Assembly: GCA_902765485.1 (NCBI GenBank)
Contig: CACWZZ010000016.1
Location: 41,991 to 105,990 of the forward strand
Source of the DNA: an uncultured Bacteroidales bacterium
GTDB lineage: Bacteria > Bacteroidota > Bacteroidia > Bacteroidales > Paludibacteraceae
Length of the DNA stretch: 64,000 bases
Direction of reading: 5' to 3'
The translations under genes were made by a program, and so were the position numbers. Position 1 is the stretch's first letter, and the number at the start of each line of letters is the position of its first letter. Below the pieces are notes generated by a model. The model was given only the letters and a program-made list of their open reading frames with translations. It was not told the DNA's origin and ran no database searches. Positions 62,470 through 64,000 of this stretch are shown here, one piece after another.

Positions 62470-62517
62470 ACTAGGATCCTAGGACACTAGAAACCTAGGA
62501 GTCCTAGACCTCTATTG
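62470..62517. repeat. tandem 8-mer word array (CCTAGGNN-like x5-6) filling the comF-nadB spacer
   Basis: ACTAGGAT CCTAGGAC ACTAGAAA CCTAGGAG TCCTAGAC. Confidence 0.8.
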
Positions 62518-63219
62518 CGCCTTGCACAACGCAAAGACACTTATTTTTGCGCCTCGGAAGAGACGCATGGCGCGAATGCAACTTCTCGCGGTTTCACCGG
62601 TAGTAATCAGGTCGTCCACCAGCAAGATATGCTTGTGGTACATCTGCTCCGGATGGTTCACCGCAAAAGCGTCCGCCACATTATGTTTTCGCCCCTCGCC
62701 GCTCTGCAACGCCTGCTTGGGTGTATTCCGGATACGGGTCACATGGCTTGTATCCACCGGAATACCGGTGTAGTCGCTTATCCCTCGGGCGATGTATTCC
62801 GACTGGTTATAGCCCCTCTCTCTCAGTCGCTTCGGATGCAGCGGCATAGGCACAATTACCTCGATTTCATCGAAGAAATCCGTGTCCTGCATCTCCATCG
62901 CAGCCTGCTTTCCCAAGTGGTATCCGATGAGCGGCTGATCCGCATATTTCATCTTATGCACCAGCTGCTGAATCGGATGATCTTTCTCGTAGAAGAGGAA
63001 CGCCGCAGCGCGTTTCAGATGCATGGCTTTGGCAGCAGCAACCATGTCGTGTGTCGCACCAACCAAAGCCATCTCCGTACTATTCTGATAGATCGACGCC
63101 TGCTCCGTCCGAGGCAAAGCCGCGATACACTCCTCGCAGAGACAAACTCCTTGCTCCCCGATGTACCGCTCGCACATAGGGCAGACACGGGGATAGAAGA
63201 GGCTACTAAAGAGTGACAC
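62512..63219 (-). CDS. comF: ComF-family phosphoribosyltransferase-domain protein
   Basis: N-terminal CPMC...CEEC zinc finger; ILLVDDLITTGET PRTase motif. Confidence 0.8.
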   Translation of the reverse strand: MSLFSSLFYPRVCPMCERYIGEQGVCLCEECIAALPRTEQASIYQNSTEMALVGATHDMVAAAKAMHLKRAAAFLFYEKDHPIQQLVHKMKYADQPLIGYHLGKQAAMEMQDTDFFDEIEVIVPMPLHPKRLRERGYNQSEYIARGISDYTGIPVDTSHVTRIRNTPKQALQSGEGRKHNVADAFAVNHPEQMYHKHILLVDDLITTGETARSCIRAMRLFRGAKISVFALCKAQ

Positions 63220-64000
63220 CGTTCTTAAAGATCGCTATCTCGTGGTAGCCGTTCTTCTCGTTGTTCGTCTTCGTGCCGTTTGCCACAGCGATCACGAACT
63301 CCGCAAAGCGTTTAGCCACGTCCTCCATCGGCTCGCCCTCAGCGATCACACCGGCGTTGAAATCGATCCAATTGGGTTTGTTCTTCGCCAGATTCGAATT
63401 GGTGGAGATCTTCATTGTCGGTACATACGTACCGAACGGCGTACCGCGACCGGTGGTAAAGAGCACCATGTGACATCCGGACGAAGCCAAAGCCGTTGAA
63501 GCCACGAGGTCGTTGCCCGGAGCAGAAAGAAGGTTCAAACCCTTTACTTGCAACCGCTCACCGTATGGCAGCACGCCGCGAACGAGCGACTTGCCGCATT
63601 TCTGGGTGCAACCCAGCGCTTTGTCCTCAAGCGTCGATATACCTCCGGCTTTGTTACCCGGACTCGGATTCTCACCCACCGGCTCTCCGTGACTCAGGAA
63701 ATAATCCTTGAAATCGTTGATCAGCGCAACGGTCTGGTCGAACAACTCTCTGTTCGCGCAACGGTCCATCAGGATCGTCTCGGCGCCGAACATCTCCGGC
63801 ACTTCGGTCAGCACGGTCGTACCGCCTTGCGCCACAAGCCAGTCACTCAACATACCCAACAGCGGGTTCGCAGTAATACCGCTGAAACCGTCACTTCCGC
63901 CACATTTGAGACCCACGCGCAACTCGCTCAACGGAACCGCCACACGTTTGTCGTGCTGGGTCTTGGTGTACAACTCGCGCAGGATCGGCATGCAGTACTC
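63206..64000 (-). CDS. uxaA: altronate dehydratase (UxaA), C-terminal part; continues right of the window
   Basis: GGSDGFSGITANP, EVPEMFGAE, FTTGRGTP motifs; reading frame is open to position 64000. Confidence 0.85.
   Translation of the reverse strand, partial: EYCMPILRELYTKTQHDKRVAVPLSELRVGLKCGGSDGFSGITANPLLGMLSDWLVAQGGTTVLTEVPEMFGAETILMDRCANRELFDQTVALINDFKDYFLSHGEPVGENPSPGNKAGGISTLEDKALGCTQKCGKSLVRGVLPYGERLQVKGLNLLSAPGNDLVASTALASSGCHMVLFTTGRGTPFGTYVPTMKISTNSNLAKNKPNWIDFNAGVIAEGEPMEDVAKRFAEFVIAVANGTKTNNEKNGYHEIAIFKNGVTL

Overview
This 64-kb chromosomal segment reads as Bacteroidota, probably Bacteroidales. Evidence: TAnnTTTG -7 promoter boxes upstream of many starts, no Shine-Dalgarno sequences, lipoprotein signal peptides, a TonB-dependent receptor, and most genes on the minus strand. 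All domain names below come from motif-level reading of the ORF translations; no database searches were run.

Core content:
- Shikimate genes: aroC and an EPSP-synthase-like fusion.
- A cobalamin riboswitch driving a 2065-aa surface protein.
- A tight eight-gene redox/Tat/TonB cluster containing tatA and tatC.
- Hexuronate catabolism genes: uxaC, kdgK, eda, an MFS transporter and partial uxaA.
- sufC plus a short SufD-like gene, prs, nadB, tRNA-Leu(UAA), and assorted hydrolases and peptidases.

Accessory content:
1. A visibly AT-rich six-ORF island (about 39.46-44.95 kb), next to a RayT-like Y1 (HUH) transposase gene, splits uxaC from kdgK-eda-MFS. It holds an ApeA-like HEPN protein with a DUF2971-like partner. 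It also holds a second module: a small ORF, a 634-aa protein made only of RNA-polymerase-type DNA-binding modules, and a 196-aa HEPN-like protein. This is my best candidate for an undescribed conflict or defence system.
2. A non-coding composite repeat occurs twice, 27.5 kb apart, with its two parts in discordant orientation. It consists of phased iteron-like 20-21-mers plus a block of six different tandem 9-mer words.
3. Several short repeat families are embedded in-frame in unrelated CDSs.
4. Tandem 7-8-nt 'word' arrays fill many gene junctions.

There are no rRNA genes and no CRISPR array.
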